Assembly (NCBI RefSeq): GCF_006345805.1 | Contig: NC_043016.1 | Coordinates: forward strand, 19,716,001-19,780,000 | Reading direction: 5' to 3' | DNA: 64,000 nt | Origin: Octopus sinensis | Taxonomy: Eukaryota | In this document: positions 10,709 through 23,725 of the stretch, piece after piece | Layout of the letters: every line of letters begins with the position of its first letter | Numbering within the stretch: position 1 is the first letter of the stretch | The notes under the pieces: generated by a model | The model's database searches: none | What the model saw: only the letters and a program-made list of their open reading frames with translations | Told to the model about the DNA's origin: nothing | Made by a program: the position numbers and the translations under genes

Positions 10709-13518
10709 AAGGACATATTTTCCAATGGCTACTGTGAATCGGTATCACTATTCAGCAAGGCCAAGGACATAATCATTGTTGGTCTTTACAGGCCTCCCCA
10801 AGCACCTCTAAAGTGCTTTGAAGAGTGCCTTAGCAAAGTCAAGTCCTTCCTTCGGAAGTACCACTCCGGAAACATACTAGTGATGGGTGATTTCAACCTC
10901 CCTCATGTGAACTGGCCCACAAATACTCTGAAGTTAGGCAAGTGCTCTACATCAGATAGAGCAGCAGCAGAACTGCTCTTTAATCTGATGGATGAATACT
11001 TCCTGACTCAGCTAGTGCTCGAACCAATGAGGCAGAATAAAACGACCTTGGATCTGGTATTGAACAATTACTCTAGCTTCGTTCACAGTATTTCAGTTGG
11101 AAAAACTCTCCTCTCAGACCACGACATAGTACTCTGCAATTTTAATTCCCGACATATAAAAACCAAACCAGCCAATCCCACTCCATGGCACCCATTTGAC
11201 AACATAAACTTCCACAAAGCGGACTGGGGAGCAATCAGAAAAGATCTGTCTTCCATCGACTGGTCTTTTACTCTCAATTCCACCCATATTGAGACTGCGT
11301 GGCAGCACTTTGAAAACATTGTCACCTATACATGCTCTAAACACGCTCCCACGAAATCTACTAACACAAACAGAAACCGGCTCCCTAAAAAGAAAAAAAC
11401 ACTCATCAGGCGCATCAAAAGACTCAACAAAAAAATCAACCAGTTAAAATATTCCCACACACAACATCCACATTGAACAACAATGAAAAGGCTAGAGCTG
11501 GAAAAACTTCATCTGCAGACCGACATGAAAACCTCCATTGAAAATCAAAGAGCTGTGGAGGAACAGTGGGTAATCAAAAACATCAAACAGAACCCAAAAG
11601 TCTTCTATTCTTCTATGTCTTCTATACAAATAAGTCTTCTATGCAAATAAGCATAGAACCACTGTCTCACCCATTGGGCCATTGATTGATGATAACGGCA
11701 TTCCCCAACACGATGCTAAAGAAATGGCAGAAATACTGCAGAAACAATACTGCTCTGTCTTTAGTGTTCCCACTGATATTGACGTAAGAGAAGCGAACGA
11801 AGTTGACTCCCAACATAAAATCTCAGACCTAACCTTCACTGCCACTGACATCGTAGCAGCAATAAATGCGGTCAAATACTACTCTGCTGTAGGCCCTGAT
11901 AGATTCCCCGCTAGTCTCCTGAAGGAATGTAGACACCAACTTGCAGTCCCTCTGACCAACCTCTGGAGAAATTCGCTAGACGCAGGTTATATACCGAAAC
12001 AGTTTCTATCCCAGTCGGTCATCCCGGTTTTCAAACAGGGAAACAGATCCCTTGCAGTTAACTATCGCCCAATCTCACTCACCTCCCACATCATTAAAGT
12101 GTTTGAAAGAGTGTTAAGATCAAGAATAGCTGACTTCCTAGAGACCCACAAACTCCTAAATGCAAATCAGCATGGCTTTCGCTGTGGCAGGGACTGTCTA
12201 ACACAGCTCTTACACCACATTGAAGATGTACTGAAAGCCCTGGGAACAGGTTCGAACTCTGACGTCATATATCTTGACTTCAGTAAAGCGTTCGACAGGG
12301 TTGACCATAATATCCTACTCTCAAAATTGGCAAATGTTGGAATCTGTGGAAAAGTTCTACACTGGATTAAGTATTTCCTGGCGAATAGAACACAACATGT
12401 TGTAGTTGATGGAGTCCACTCAAGCCCAGCAAAAGTCACCAGCGGTGTTCCCCAGGGGACTGTCTTGGGTCCGCTATTCTTCATAATTTACATAAACGAC
12501 CTTTCCAGTGTCGTACATTACTGCAAAGTGAAAATATTTGCTGATGACACTAAGCTCCAGCAAATCGTCAATGAAGAAGCAGACTGAACTCAACTCCAGT
12601 CTGATCTATATGCTGTGAGTCAATGGGCAGACAGAAACAAAATGCAACTGAATGAGGGAAAATTTGAGCATTTTGGAAGAAATTCCTCACTAAAACAGCC
12701 ATTCTCTCTTCCTTCAGGGGAACCGCTCACAGCCTCTAACAATATCAGAGACCTGGGTGTAATTGTTGATGACGATCTCAGTTGGAGTGCACACATCAAC
12801 AAGAAGGTCGATATAGCTCGTAGGATGAGTTCCTGGATCTTAAGAACTTTCTGGTCCAGAGAACAAGGTATCATCATACCACTTTTCTCCTCCTTTGTAC
12901 AGCCACACCTTGAATACTGCTGCCCACTGTGGTCTCCCCATACAAGACAAAACATCTCCAGGATTGAGTCACCCCAGAGGGCACTCACTAAACGAATTGA
13001 AGGCATAGCTGCTCTTGATTATTGGGATCGCCTTAAAGCCTTGAAACTTTACTCCCTCCAGCATCGCCGAGAGCGGTACATCATTTGTACGATGTGGAGA
13101 ATATACCGCCAACTTTGCCCAAACGACCTTAACATTAGCTTCAAGGTTCATCCAAGACTGGGACCACGGGCCATACATCCCCTGCCCAATTCAAGATCAC
13201 AACATATATGTACACTGCAACATAATTTCTTTTCCTCAACAGGCCCTGCCCTATTTAACATTGTCCCAAGGGAGATCAAGGAGGAAAAGGATCCCATCAA
13301 CTTTAAACAGAGTCTGGATAAATTCCTTCAAAGAATACCAGATAAGCCACCCATAATTGGATACAACTCACCCAACAAGAACTCACTACTTGAATGGACC
13401 ATAAACAAAACTTGACTTAAACAGGATTCGAATAATCCTATCAGGTGGTGCTATTAAGTTAGACATGGCCTGGACCAATCTTTGATCGAAACATATCTAA
13501 GTTTATTATCTAAGTTTA
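10709..13518 (+). mobile_element. 5'-truncated CR1-type non-LTR retrotransposon (ORF2: APE endonuclease plus RT), inactivated
   Basis: APE motifs GLYRPP, MGDFNLP, LDLVL, SDH; IKQNPKVFY; RT motifs YRPISLTS, DFSKAFD, GVPQGTVLGP, FADD; C-terminal HLEYCCPLWSP; 3' tail (tatctaagtt)x2. Confidence 0.93.
10718..13415 (+). pseudogene. LINE ORF2 broken by TGA at 11474, a slippage frameshift at about 11604-11650 and TGA at 12585
   Basis: ORFs 10880-11476, 11682-12587 and 12615-13415 are collinear pieces of one ORF2. Confidence 0.88.
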
Positions 13519-13532
13519 TATATATATATATA

Positions 13533-13827
13533 ACCGACCAGGCTATCAGATGTTGTTACACATCGCTGGTCACAATGCGCTTTGCATTGTTTTAGCTTTC
13601 AAATGACGCCACTACGCTGGCTAAGCGAACAGGCCAACAGAAGAAAGAGTGAGAGAAAGTTGTGGCGAAAGAGTACAGCAGGGATCACCCCCCCCCCCCC
13701 TGCCAGAGCCTCATGGAGCTTTAGGTGTTTTCACTCAATAACACTCACAACGCCCGGTCTGGAAATCGAAACCACGATCCTATGACCATGAGTCTGCTGC
13801 CCTAACCACTGGGCCATTGCACCTCTA
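13533..13827 (-). mobile_element. SINE family C (head ggaggcgcaatggcccagtgg, tail catctgatagcctggtcgg)
   Basis: Matches 29248, 52062 and 56318. Confidence 0.92.
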
Positions 13828-13869
13828 CATACACACACACACACACACACATATATATGTATATGAGTG

Positions 13870-14052
13870 TGTGTGTGTGTGTTTGTTCCCCACCAGTTCT
13901 TGACAACTGGTGTTGGTATGTTTACATCACTATAATCTAGCAGTCCAGCAAAAGCAATTAATAGAATAAGTACTGAAGTTGATTCCTTCGACAAAAAATT
14001 CTTCAGGTCAGTGCTCCAGTATGGCTGCAGTAAAATGACAGGTAAAAGAAGA
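13870..14052 (+). mobile_element. SINE A 3' half (decayed)
   Basis: tttgttcccc..cttgacaactggtgttggt..tagaataagtact..gtgctccagtatggctgcagt. Confidence 0.75.
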
Positions 14053-14291
14053 AAGATGTATTAACACTTGATATTTAATCAATGTTTATGTTCAATATCC
14101 CATTGTTCTGCAGGACAGTTGTTTAATTGAAATTAATAGTTTTGATTATGGTTGTAGGTTTAAAATGGTCTTAATAGAATGCTTCTATATTATGTTTGTC
14201 ACTGTGCTATGAAGATCTCTACACAGGAGTTTATCAAGGATCAGCATATGCACAAATTTATTTGGTTGTTATCCAGTTTTGTTCCTTGTCC

Positions 14292-14625
14292 ACAAGAATT
14301 GGCAACACCCTCTGCCTTCCTTAAGAATTGGCAACACCTTCCACCTGCCACAAGAATTGGCAACACCCTCTGCCTTCCTTAAGAATTGGCAACACCTTCC
14401 ACTTGCCACAAGAATTGGCAACACCCTCTGCTTTCCACCGCAAGAATTGACAACACCCCCCACCTTACGCCACAAGAATTGGCAACATCCTCTGCCTTCT
14501 AGAAGAATTGGCAACACTCTCTGCCTTCCACTGCAAGAATTGCCAACACCCTCCACCTTCCGCCACAAGAATTGGCAACACCTTCCGCCTTCCACTGCAA
14601 GAATTGGCAACACCCTCTGCCTTTC
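14292..14625. repeat. Minisatellite, 11 units of 29 or 32 bp with core AAGAATTGGCAACACC
   Basis: Core at 14294, 14323, 14352, 14381, 14410, 14442, 14474, 14503, 14535, 14567 and 14599. Confidence 0.95.
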
Positions 14626-15306
14626 ACAAATGGGTAGCCATTATCCATATATGCATTCTTTTGTCTCTAATTCCCCACGGTTTACAGCTTTACAATGCTC
14701 CCCCACATTTAAGGGATAACTGATTTCATCTTTACATTTACTACCACCACTACCTCAGATGGAATTCACTCACTTCTGGGTTATGATTTCTTTTAATGGA
14801 AGCTTTGCATAGGAGAGATGTCCCAAAAGTGTAGAGTTCTTTTTTTTTACTAACAATTACACTGTCTTGGGTCTTAGAAGCTGATGCTATGTTTCCAGGG
14901 ATCTCTGCTCTTGAAAGCTGATGTCATTACTTATACCAATAAATTTACTGGACACTTGGAGTTTTGGTTAGAGTCAAAAATGTTGTCACAATGTTATGTA
15001 CAAGGAGCTTGATCTTCATAGTGGTTGGATGGCTTTGAGTCCCAGCCATGACTGGTTTTTATATTTACACTAATATCATTTGGTGTATTTTTCTATATTG
15101 TTAAGGTTATCTCAACAGATTTTCTGTAGAAATTATAGCCAGCACTGACTTGTTACAATATTTTGTATCCAAATACGTCTAATGTAAACAGCAATCTGAT
15201 CAAAGATCCTATTTTTCCATCTTTGATCACATTTTAGACATATTTAGATATGAAACGTCATAACAAAATCAGAGTTGGCTCTAATTTCTATAAAAAATAT
15301 GTAGAT

Positions 15307-15468
15307 GCAGGAGTGGTTGTGTGGTAAGTAGCTTGCTTACCAACCACATGGTTCTGGGTTCAGTCCCACTGCGTGGCACCTCGGGCAAGTGTCTTCTACT
15401 ATAGCTTTGGGCCAACTAAAACCTTGTGAGTGGTTTTGGTAGACGGAAACTGAAAGAAGCCCATCGTG

Positions 15469-15505
<37 letters not shown>

Positions 15506-15716
15506 TTGTGTGTCTGTGTTTGTCCCCCCAACATCGCTTGACAACCGATGCTGGTGTGTTTACGTCTCCATAAGTTAGCAGTTCGGCAAAAGAGACTGAT
15601 AGAATAAGTACTAGGCTTACAAAGAATAAGTCCTGGGGTCAATTTGCTCAACTAAAGGTGGTGCTCCAGCATGGCTGCAGTCAAAATGACTGAAACAAGT
15701 AAAAGAGTAAAGAGAG
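15307..15716 (+). mobile_element. SINE family A, full length
   Basis: tRNA-like head, internal (TA)(TG) tract, tail gaaacaagtaaaagagtaaagag. Confidence 0.93.
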
Positions 15717-15940
15717 ATAAACTCAACATGGTTTAATAGTACAGCTAACACAGTAGGTCACAGTATTGACTTATAAAGTGCTTAATATACTTTGAGTATT
15801 TTATGGTTTTATAATGAAATACAACGTCCCCACAAGCAGTTAATTTTCCATATTGTACAAATGATGTAGCATCCATAGAAAGTCTGAATGCTTTTTGAGA
15901 CAATCTCAGCTACGCCAGATTTTAATATATATGTTGTATT

Positions 15941-16173
15941 AAGGCGGCGAGCTGGCATAAACATTAGCACGCCGGGCGAAATGCTTAGCAGTATTTCGTC
16001 TGCCACTACATTCTGAGTTCAAATTCCGCCAAGGTCGACTTTGCCTTTCATCCTTTCGGGGTCGATTAAAAAAGTACCATTTGCTCACTGGGGTCGATGT
16101 AATCGATTTAGTCCCTTTGTCTGTCCTTGTTTGTCCCCTCTATGTTTAGCCCCTTGTGGGCAATAAAGAATTG
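15941..16173 (+). mobile_element. SINE family B, full length
   Basis: 17-bp TSD aatatatatgttgtatt at 15924 and 16174. Confidence 0.93.
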
Positions 16174-16955
16174 AATATATATGTTGTATTGCGTGTGTTT
16201 GTGTATAAATCAATCTATACAGCATTATATATCCATGACAGCTGATGTTACCAATTGGTTTTCTGCTGGATATTAGATTGTCTAATAGACATACTCTTCA
16301 GAGAAGGCAGGTGTGGAAGAAATGGGTACTCTCCAAAGAGTACATTTATTAGATTCTCATCCATTTATCTAATATCCAGCACAAAACCGATCAGCTTAAT
16401 CAACAGTAATTGATCTATAATATTGTATACTTTGATTTATATACCACTCTACTGACAAATGTACAGGTGCATATTTTTCTGACTTATAAGTCCTTAGATG
16501 ACTATAGGAGAATTTGTGATAAACACAGATTTATATCTTTTGATATAGGAAACTAGTTCTTTGTAACATAATGCTATTGAATGTACCCTGAAGATCCATT
16601 GTAACTAAGCATTTAGTTACACTTGGAACATCCAATGCAGAATTCCAGACAAACACAATGGTGAAACGTGTGTAGGGAACAAATGATATAAACATGAGTT
16701 TATCATAATTTCTTATACATTTGGTTTGTATATCATGACTTGTAATGCTACTAAGTATAGTGGTAGCTTAACCACTTTACTGGAAGCATAGTGGATGTAA
16801 TTATTATAATCAATGTGGAGCTCTAAACTCGACAGTAGCAGTTGTACAGCTATTTATATACACAAAATATACCATGTGTGTGTGTGTGTGCGTGTGTGTG
16901 TGTGTGCGTGTGTGTGTTATCATGTTAATTGGGTAAAATTAATTTTTGCTTTCAG

Positions 16956-17305
16956 CTCTCTGTCATCTGTTCCAATATATCAGAATGTAGCCGAAAAAAG
17001 TGCACCTACAGATGTCAAATTTGATGGTGATTTGGATATGCCACCTGCTCTTCCACCTCGGATTTACAGACTTTCATCAGTGGAGGCTTTAACAATGAAT
17101 AACAGCAAAAACGCTAACACCGACAGTGAAGATAAATCTTATGGCAAGCAGCCGAACTTATCAGCCTCTCTTTCTGGTCATTTCCTACGAAAACAAATGT
17201 ATGCTGAGCAAGTACGAGCCCAAGCTAAGCGCTTCTCTGAACAAGCCAAAGGGATGTACATTGTTAAAACAACTCCCAAAATTGGGATTGCTGAACAAAC
17301 AAAAG
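16956..17305 (+). CDS. Coding exon of an unidentified + strand gene (SLSSVPIYQNV..PPALPPR..EQTK), phase 2 to 1
   Basis: Acceptor aatttttgctttcag, donor AAAG|gtaaat, 350 nt open non-repetitive frame; joins in frame with 24512. Confidence 0.85.
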
Positions 17306-17699
17306 GTAAATACATTTCTGTCTTTCTTTTTTCTTTTTTTTACAATTTTCCCACTTAAATAGACTTTTCAGTAGAATAAACTCTACTGGCATGGCAATGT
17401 CATCGAGTGAGGCTTGTCCAAGATATTTGGAAAATAAATGAATGTGTTATAAATTGGGTCATTGTCCAAACTTAAGTGACCTCTGAAGTTAACAACAAAT
17501 GACTGTTGTCAAGTGTAGGATAGATCCAGATGTCAGCAGATTCTGTCTTTTGCAGAAAAGGGCTGAGGTTTTATTTTATTTTATTTTAATTCATTTTTTA
17601 TGGCTCTGGAAAAATTGATTCTACAGTAAACTAGCTTGTTAAGACTTTTCTTTCTGGCTAAGTCTAATCAATTTCTACAAGTGTCACTATTGCTAGCAT

Positions 17700-18186
<487 letters not shown>

Positions 18187-18854
18187 CAGGGGAAAAAAAA
18201 TAATATAATCAAAATAGCAACTACAGCTTAATCAGAACTTCTGTATGTTGCTTGAAGACATTTGCTCCTAGTAGTCAGTGTAATTTGGAATCCCTGGGAC
18301 CTTTTGATTCTCTTTAGGTGGCTGTCTCTAGTTTTTACAAAACACACACACATGTGTGCGCATACGCACACACACATTTTCAGAGAATTTCTGTTAGATA
18401 TCTGGAAAGTCATGTTTCATATTGATGAAAATCCGCAATTTCCTATCAGCATAAAAAATGTTGGGTTTCAAAAATTTAATATAAATTCCATTAAAAAGAA
18501 TGGTTTATTCATCTTCATGATGTTGAGTACATATTCTATGTGCATGCATGCACATTATGAAAATGTGAATAGAGTTTATTATCAAATTGAAAGCAAATTC
18601 TTGGAACAGTTGACTTAAGATTTCTGGAGAGAAAATTAACTCTTGAGATCATTTATACTGAATGTCATTCCAGTGCTAATGCCTTTAAATTGTTCTAATT
18701 ATTTTGTCTCATATCAGATGACTACATATAGAATTACATTCATAACCCCTCCCCCACTCTCTCTTTCTCTCTCACATACACACACATTTGTTCATTTCTT
18801 TTTTTATCTTCTTTCCATTCTTGCATGGGTTGCACAAATATGTTTTTAAAGTAA

Positions 18855-19215
18855 TCGTTTTACAACTTGATGCCTTGCAAGTGGGGCCCAGTTAGAATTT
18901 TCTTCAGGTCGAGTAGCCCATCCTGCTCAAAAGGTCTCTGAATAAGAGTTGTTTAAGGATGTTGAACAAAACACATATGTTTCGAGAGGTGAATTATCCA
19001 AGCCCCAAAGAATTCCTCTCAACACATGGCTATGATGCTCTCTAACTACTCCTGCTCATGATCAGAGATACACATATTGTCAGCCACTAAGGGACATGCT
19101 CAACTAGTTAAGGTCAAGCAACTGACCAGCTAATCTGTGGTATTAAGCAGAATATTTGCTGTAGTCCATCTTTTATACCAAGACAAAACAATGTACATGA
19201 GAACACTTCCAGTCA
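18855..19215. mobile_element. Probable unclassified interspersed repeat
   Basis: Complex block without an ORF, resembling an octopus repeat from recall only; no second copy in this window. Confidence 0.3.
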
Positions 19216-19247
19216 GTTAAGATTATTATTATTATTATTATTATTAT

Positions 19248-19440
19248 CAAGGCGGCAAGCTGACAGAACCGTTGACACACTGGGCAAAATGCTTAGCAGT
19301 ATTTCGCCTGTTGCTATGTTCTGAGTTCAAATTCTGTTACGGTTGGTTTTGCCTTTCGTCCTTTAGGGGTCAGTAAATTATGTACCAGTGAAACACTGGG
19401 CTTGATGTAATTAACTTATCCCCTCCCACCAAAATGGCTT
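19248..19440 (+). mobile_element. Decayed SINE B
   Basis: aggcggcaagctgacagaaccgtt..ctgagttcaaattc..ttttgcctttcgtcc. Confidence 0.75.
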
Positions 19441-19494
19441 CCCTAGGGGCAAAATTTGAAACTATTATTATTATTGTTGTTATTATTATTATTA

Positions 19495-19529
<35 letters not shown>

Positions 19530-19910
19530 GTTAATAATAATGCTAATAATGATGATGATGATGATGATGATAATGATTATAAACATTTTGAGTTGAAGAA
19601 ACAGAACAATAAAAGAATTATATCCTGCAATCCATAATCACATTTGCCCAATCCCAGGCAGAACCAAATTCATCGTTGCCCCATTTTGACAAAATCTATG
19701 CCTGGGCTCAACATACATTAAACAGATACAGTTTCTTGTTTTTTAATCCCCTTTATGGTTCTATAATTTTTAATCCTTTCCTTTAAATGCTCATACACCG
19801 AAATTGATGGGGGTGACCATCATTACATTATTATTATCACTAAGGGGCAAGCTCAGGGAATCATTAGCGCATTGAACAAAACATGTTGTCACATTTCTTG
19901 TGGCTCTCTC

Positions 19911-20102
19911 TTTTTACTCTTTTACTTGTTTCAGTCATTTGACTGCGGCCATGCTGGAGCACCACCTTTAATCGAGCAACTCGACCCGGGACTTATTCTT
20001 TGTAAGCCCAGTACTTATTCTATCGGTCTCTTTTGCCGAACCGCTAAGTGACGGGGACATAAACACACCAGCATCGGTTGTCAAGCAATACTAGGGGGAC
20101 AA

Positions 20103-20159
<57 letters not shown>

Positions 20160-20319
20160 TACGACGGGCTTCTTTCAGTTTCCATCTACCAAATCCACTC
20201 ACAAGGCTTTGGTCGGCCTGAGGCTATAGTAGAAGACACTTGCCCAAGTGCCACGCAGTGGGATTGAACCCGGAACCATGTGGTTGGTAAGCAAGCTACT
20301 TACCACACAGCCACTCCTG
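19911..20319 (-). mobile_element. SINE family A, full length, young
   Basis: CpGs largely intact; near-identical to 28760. Confidence 0.94.
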
Positions 20320-20730
20320 TGGCTGTTTATGTTTTGAGTTCAAATACAGCTGAGGTCAGCTTTGCCTTTCATCCTTTCAGAGTTGATAGAACGAATACCG
20401 GTCAAAGTATTCGATTAAGCCCCTTCTAAAATTTCGGGTCTTGTGCCTTTAGTAGAATGGTGGGAGAGGTCAGTAATGAAATTACCATTTGATCACTGAG
20501 GTGGATATAATTAACTAACATCCCATTGAAATTGTTGACCTTGTGTGCCTCCTCCCCCATCTTCATGCATGTGAAATTAAACTCTTTTGATTGTGGTGGT
20601 GGAGATTTTCTCTCTTCCCACTTCTGTTTTTACTTTTTAAAATTTCTTCCTTTTTTCCCTGCACCTTTTTTTTTCTTTTTATATATTTTTTTTTTTTTAC
20701 TTTGTTTTCATACCGTTTCATTTTAAACCT

Positions 20731-20776
<46 letters not shown>

Positions 20777-21178
20777 CCACACCACCTTTAGCAACATCAT
20801 ATCAGAGATAGGGAGAGGCTTCATTATCAGAAATATAAACCACCTATCTGGTTGTCAATTTCAAGTTAGGTTCAGTGCCTGCTCAATCCTACACAACACT
20901 CACCCGCACCACACAGACATGCATTTGTTTCACACATGCACACAGAGGGAAGGAGATAGATAGATAGATAATATGTACAAAATTACTCACACACACACAC
21001 ACATACATTTATGTGTATATGTGTATTGAGTGAAATACATACATACATCAGGCTGATATATTGCTATAAAAAAAAAGAACTAACAAAAGCAGCAAACATT
21101 CTTTAAAGTAAGGGATTTCTTTTGCTTTCATTCATATCCGGCTGCTAGCTCCCTGTAGAATATCATCTGATAGTCTAC

Positions 21179-21263
21179 CTTCAACTTGCTGAAATCTTGT
21201 TGGCAAATATCCCAAAATGGGTTTAACAGCTGGAATAGCAGCAGCCAGGTGAAATCCTCTAGT
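21179..21263 (-). CDS. Speculative - strand exon (TRGFHLAAAIPAVKPILGYLPTRFQQVE), phase 0 to 1
   Basis: Open protein-like frame, donor GAAG|gtagac, weak acceptor ttgctaag. Confidence 0.25.
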
Positions 21264-22491
21264 CTTAGCAATACTCAAGTACCTCATCTCTCTCTCTCTC
21301 TCTCTCTCTCTCAACTCTGTAATAAGGTGATGAAATGGTAGAATTGATAGTGTGTCAGAACGCAGAATTAGTCTTGGCCCTCTCTACTATTTGAGTTCAA
21401 ATCTTGCTGAGGTCAACTTTGCTTTATGCCTTTTTAGTGGGTTGATGAAGTTCCAATCAAGTATTGGGTTTGTTCCTACTTCTTTTTTTTTTGTCTGTCT
21501 GTTTGTCTATCTGCGTCTGTCTCCCCAAATTCTCCCTCTCTATCTGAATATCTCTCCCTCACACGCACACTGTTCAAATCTCTCTTTGTCTGTATGTCTC
21601 ATTCTCCATCTCTCTCTCTCTCCCTCTTTTCCTCCTCCTCCTCCTCTTACTATTTTCCCTCTTATTTCCCTCTAACTTCAACCCTGTTGCTGTGTCTTCC
21701 TCTCACACTCCTCACTCTGTGCTGCTACCTATCATCTCCCTGACTCACTTCTATTTCCTCCACCTTCCCCTCCCTCTAAACTGTCATTTACCATTGACCA
21801 TCAGTGACTATCCATGTTCACCATCCATTGTGTTCACTGGTGTCTCCATTTCTAGCTGCCTCTCAATCCCCTTTCGCACTTTTGTGAATTTACCTACCCA
21901 ATCACCCCATCCAATCTTCTGATCTATTTCTCTCTTATAGCCACCATTTTGTACCTTGAAGGTTTACTCTGACGCCTCATCACCATCATTTTTATCTCTT
22001 CTATCTGTTTCCACTTGAAGTAGCAGTGTATCTCCTCTGCTGCAAGACACCTGTTCCTATCCCTCTCTCTTACTTTTACCTCTCAATACCTGACTTAAAG
22101 CTGTCCCCTATCGGTACCACACAGCCCCACTCCTTACTCAGTCAAGAGGTCTTGTCAAGAAGTTACTTAGTGATCCTACTCTTGCCAGCATCACAAAAAC
22201 AAAAAAGCAACCACTACACTGGGTGCTTTTCTGTAAAGAACTTAGTATTAGGAAGGGTATCCAACTGCAGAACCAGCTGTAGAAACCATGCCTAAACTCA
22301 AAGCATCCAGCTCATGCCAGAATGGAAGACAGACTTTGATAATGATCAATAAATTGTAAAATTGTCCATTAGTAAAAAAATGGAAGAAAATATCCTTCAA
22401 AGAACATATAAGGAAATTCTGCTCTTTGCCCAACATCTTCTATCTATCTACCCTCCCAAACCTGCTAACTTTTGACAAATGTGAAACTCAC

Positions 22492-22577
22492 AAGCAGCAA
22501 AGTACATTTAGTGTGCAAGACACCCTTAATATCCTTTCCTCTCAGCTCTGCTTTGCGTTGTAGACTTCCAGTAAGTT
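22492..22577 (-). CDS. Speculative - strand exon (LTGSLQRKAELRGKDIKGVLHTKCTLLL), phase 1 to 0
   Basis: Acceptor gcattttctcag, donor CTT|gtgagt, only one open frame. Confidence 0.35.
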
Positions 22578-22865
22578 CTGAGAAAATGCAGTTACTTTGC
22601 TCTGTCTGGATTTCGTTAATGTTCCTCACTGTTCCTGTTATTGCCCACCTCTCATTCATTCATCATTTCACTTCCAGGTTTTCATCTCTTTTTTTGTTTT
22701 GCTTTTCTTTGTGTTCTTACACACAAATACTGAATGACATAGATGCAAAGTGGTTAAATAAATAATTGTTGGACTTGCCACCTGAAAGATCTTATGCCTG
22801 CTATAAGAATCACTGAATAGTGTCAATAAATCATCAGTGTGTATTTGTGTCTGTGTATGTGTACT

Positions 22866-23230
22866 TTAGGCACAGGCATTGCAGTATAGTTAAGAAGTTC
22901 ACTTCCCAACCAGTTGGTTTCAGGTTCAGTCCCACTGTGTCAAACCTCAGGCAAATGTCTTCTACTATGACCCTGGGTCAGCCAAACCTTTGTGAGAGGA
23001 TTTTAGTGGAGAGAAACTGAAAGAAGCTTGTCGTGTGCATGGACATCACAACATAGTTATAAGTGAATGTCATTATACAAGTGGTAAAACTATGTTTGGT
23101 CAAAGGGAAATATTATCTTACATGGAAGTAAGAGTTGGTGACAGAAAGAGCACCAGAGTGTAGAAAATCTGTTCCAATGAATTCTACCTGGCTCATGCAA
23201 GCATGGGAAAGTGGACAGTAAAATGTTAAT
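22866..23230 (+). mobile_element. Decayed SINE A head followed by an E-like tail
   Basis: ggttcagtcccactg..ggcaaatgtcttctacta..gaaactgaaagaagc, then catgcaagcatgggaaagtggaca. Confidence 0.65.
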
Positions 23231-23725
23231 GGTTGGATATGTGTGTGTTTCTATATAGATACGTATAAACAGAGGATGAGCTAAGAGAAATTACTCAGTG
23301 ACTAACAACTTGAATATAGACAGTAATGATGAATAAAGGTATAAGAAATACCATACAAAATAAAACCATGATTTATTGGAATTATCTTCCCTTCAAGAAA
23401 AGAATTAATTAATCCATTATGGTAGCTGTGACCAATTCCAAATGAGAAGTGGTAATAATCTCAAGACTCAAGAATTCTCCCCAAAACTGACATGTCATTA
23501 ATTGTTTTGCTTCCATATTTCTGCAGAAATATTCTGCTTTTGTTTCAGTTAATTTTGAAAATAATAAAGAATTTATTAAAACAATTTTGTCATTATTAAG
23601 CTGACATTTCAGACATAAATTAACATGGAATTTTAACAAAGTTTTAATGTAGATCACTTTAAAACAGTAAGTTTGTCTCATAGAACCAAGGAGAATCCCA
23701 GGTGGGTTGCTATCAAAATGGTTAA

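Noticed and set aside
12585-12587. Selenocysteine or programmed readthrough of TGA in the LINE ORF
   Set aside because: A CGA-to-TGA CpG transition explains it, and the element has other disabling lesions.
13440-13518. Hammerhead at the LINE 3' end (cgaaac)
   Set aside because: There is no CUGANGA core or stem II on either strand.
14292-14625. CRISPR-like repeat-spacer array, or coding repeat ORFs 14279-14719 and 14269-14613
   Set aside because: The linkers are short and similar to each other, there are no cas genes, and the context is eukaryotic. The 29 and 32 bp periods rotate the reading frame, so the ORFs are incidental.
15307-15400. tRNA genes at SINE heads (families A-D)
   Set aside because: A/B boxes are present but there is no full cloverleaf, and each runs into a SINE body.
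21179-21263. Resemblance of GFHLAAAIPAVKP to the raftlin GFxLAAxxPxVxP segment
   Set aside because: The match is short and from memory, and the flanking exons do not resemble raftlin, so no gene symbol is assigned.
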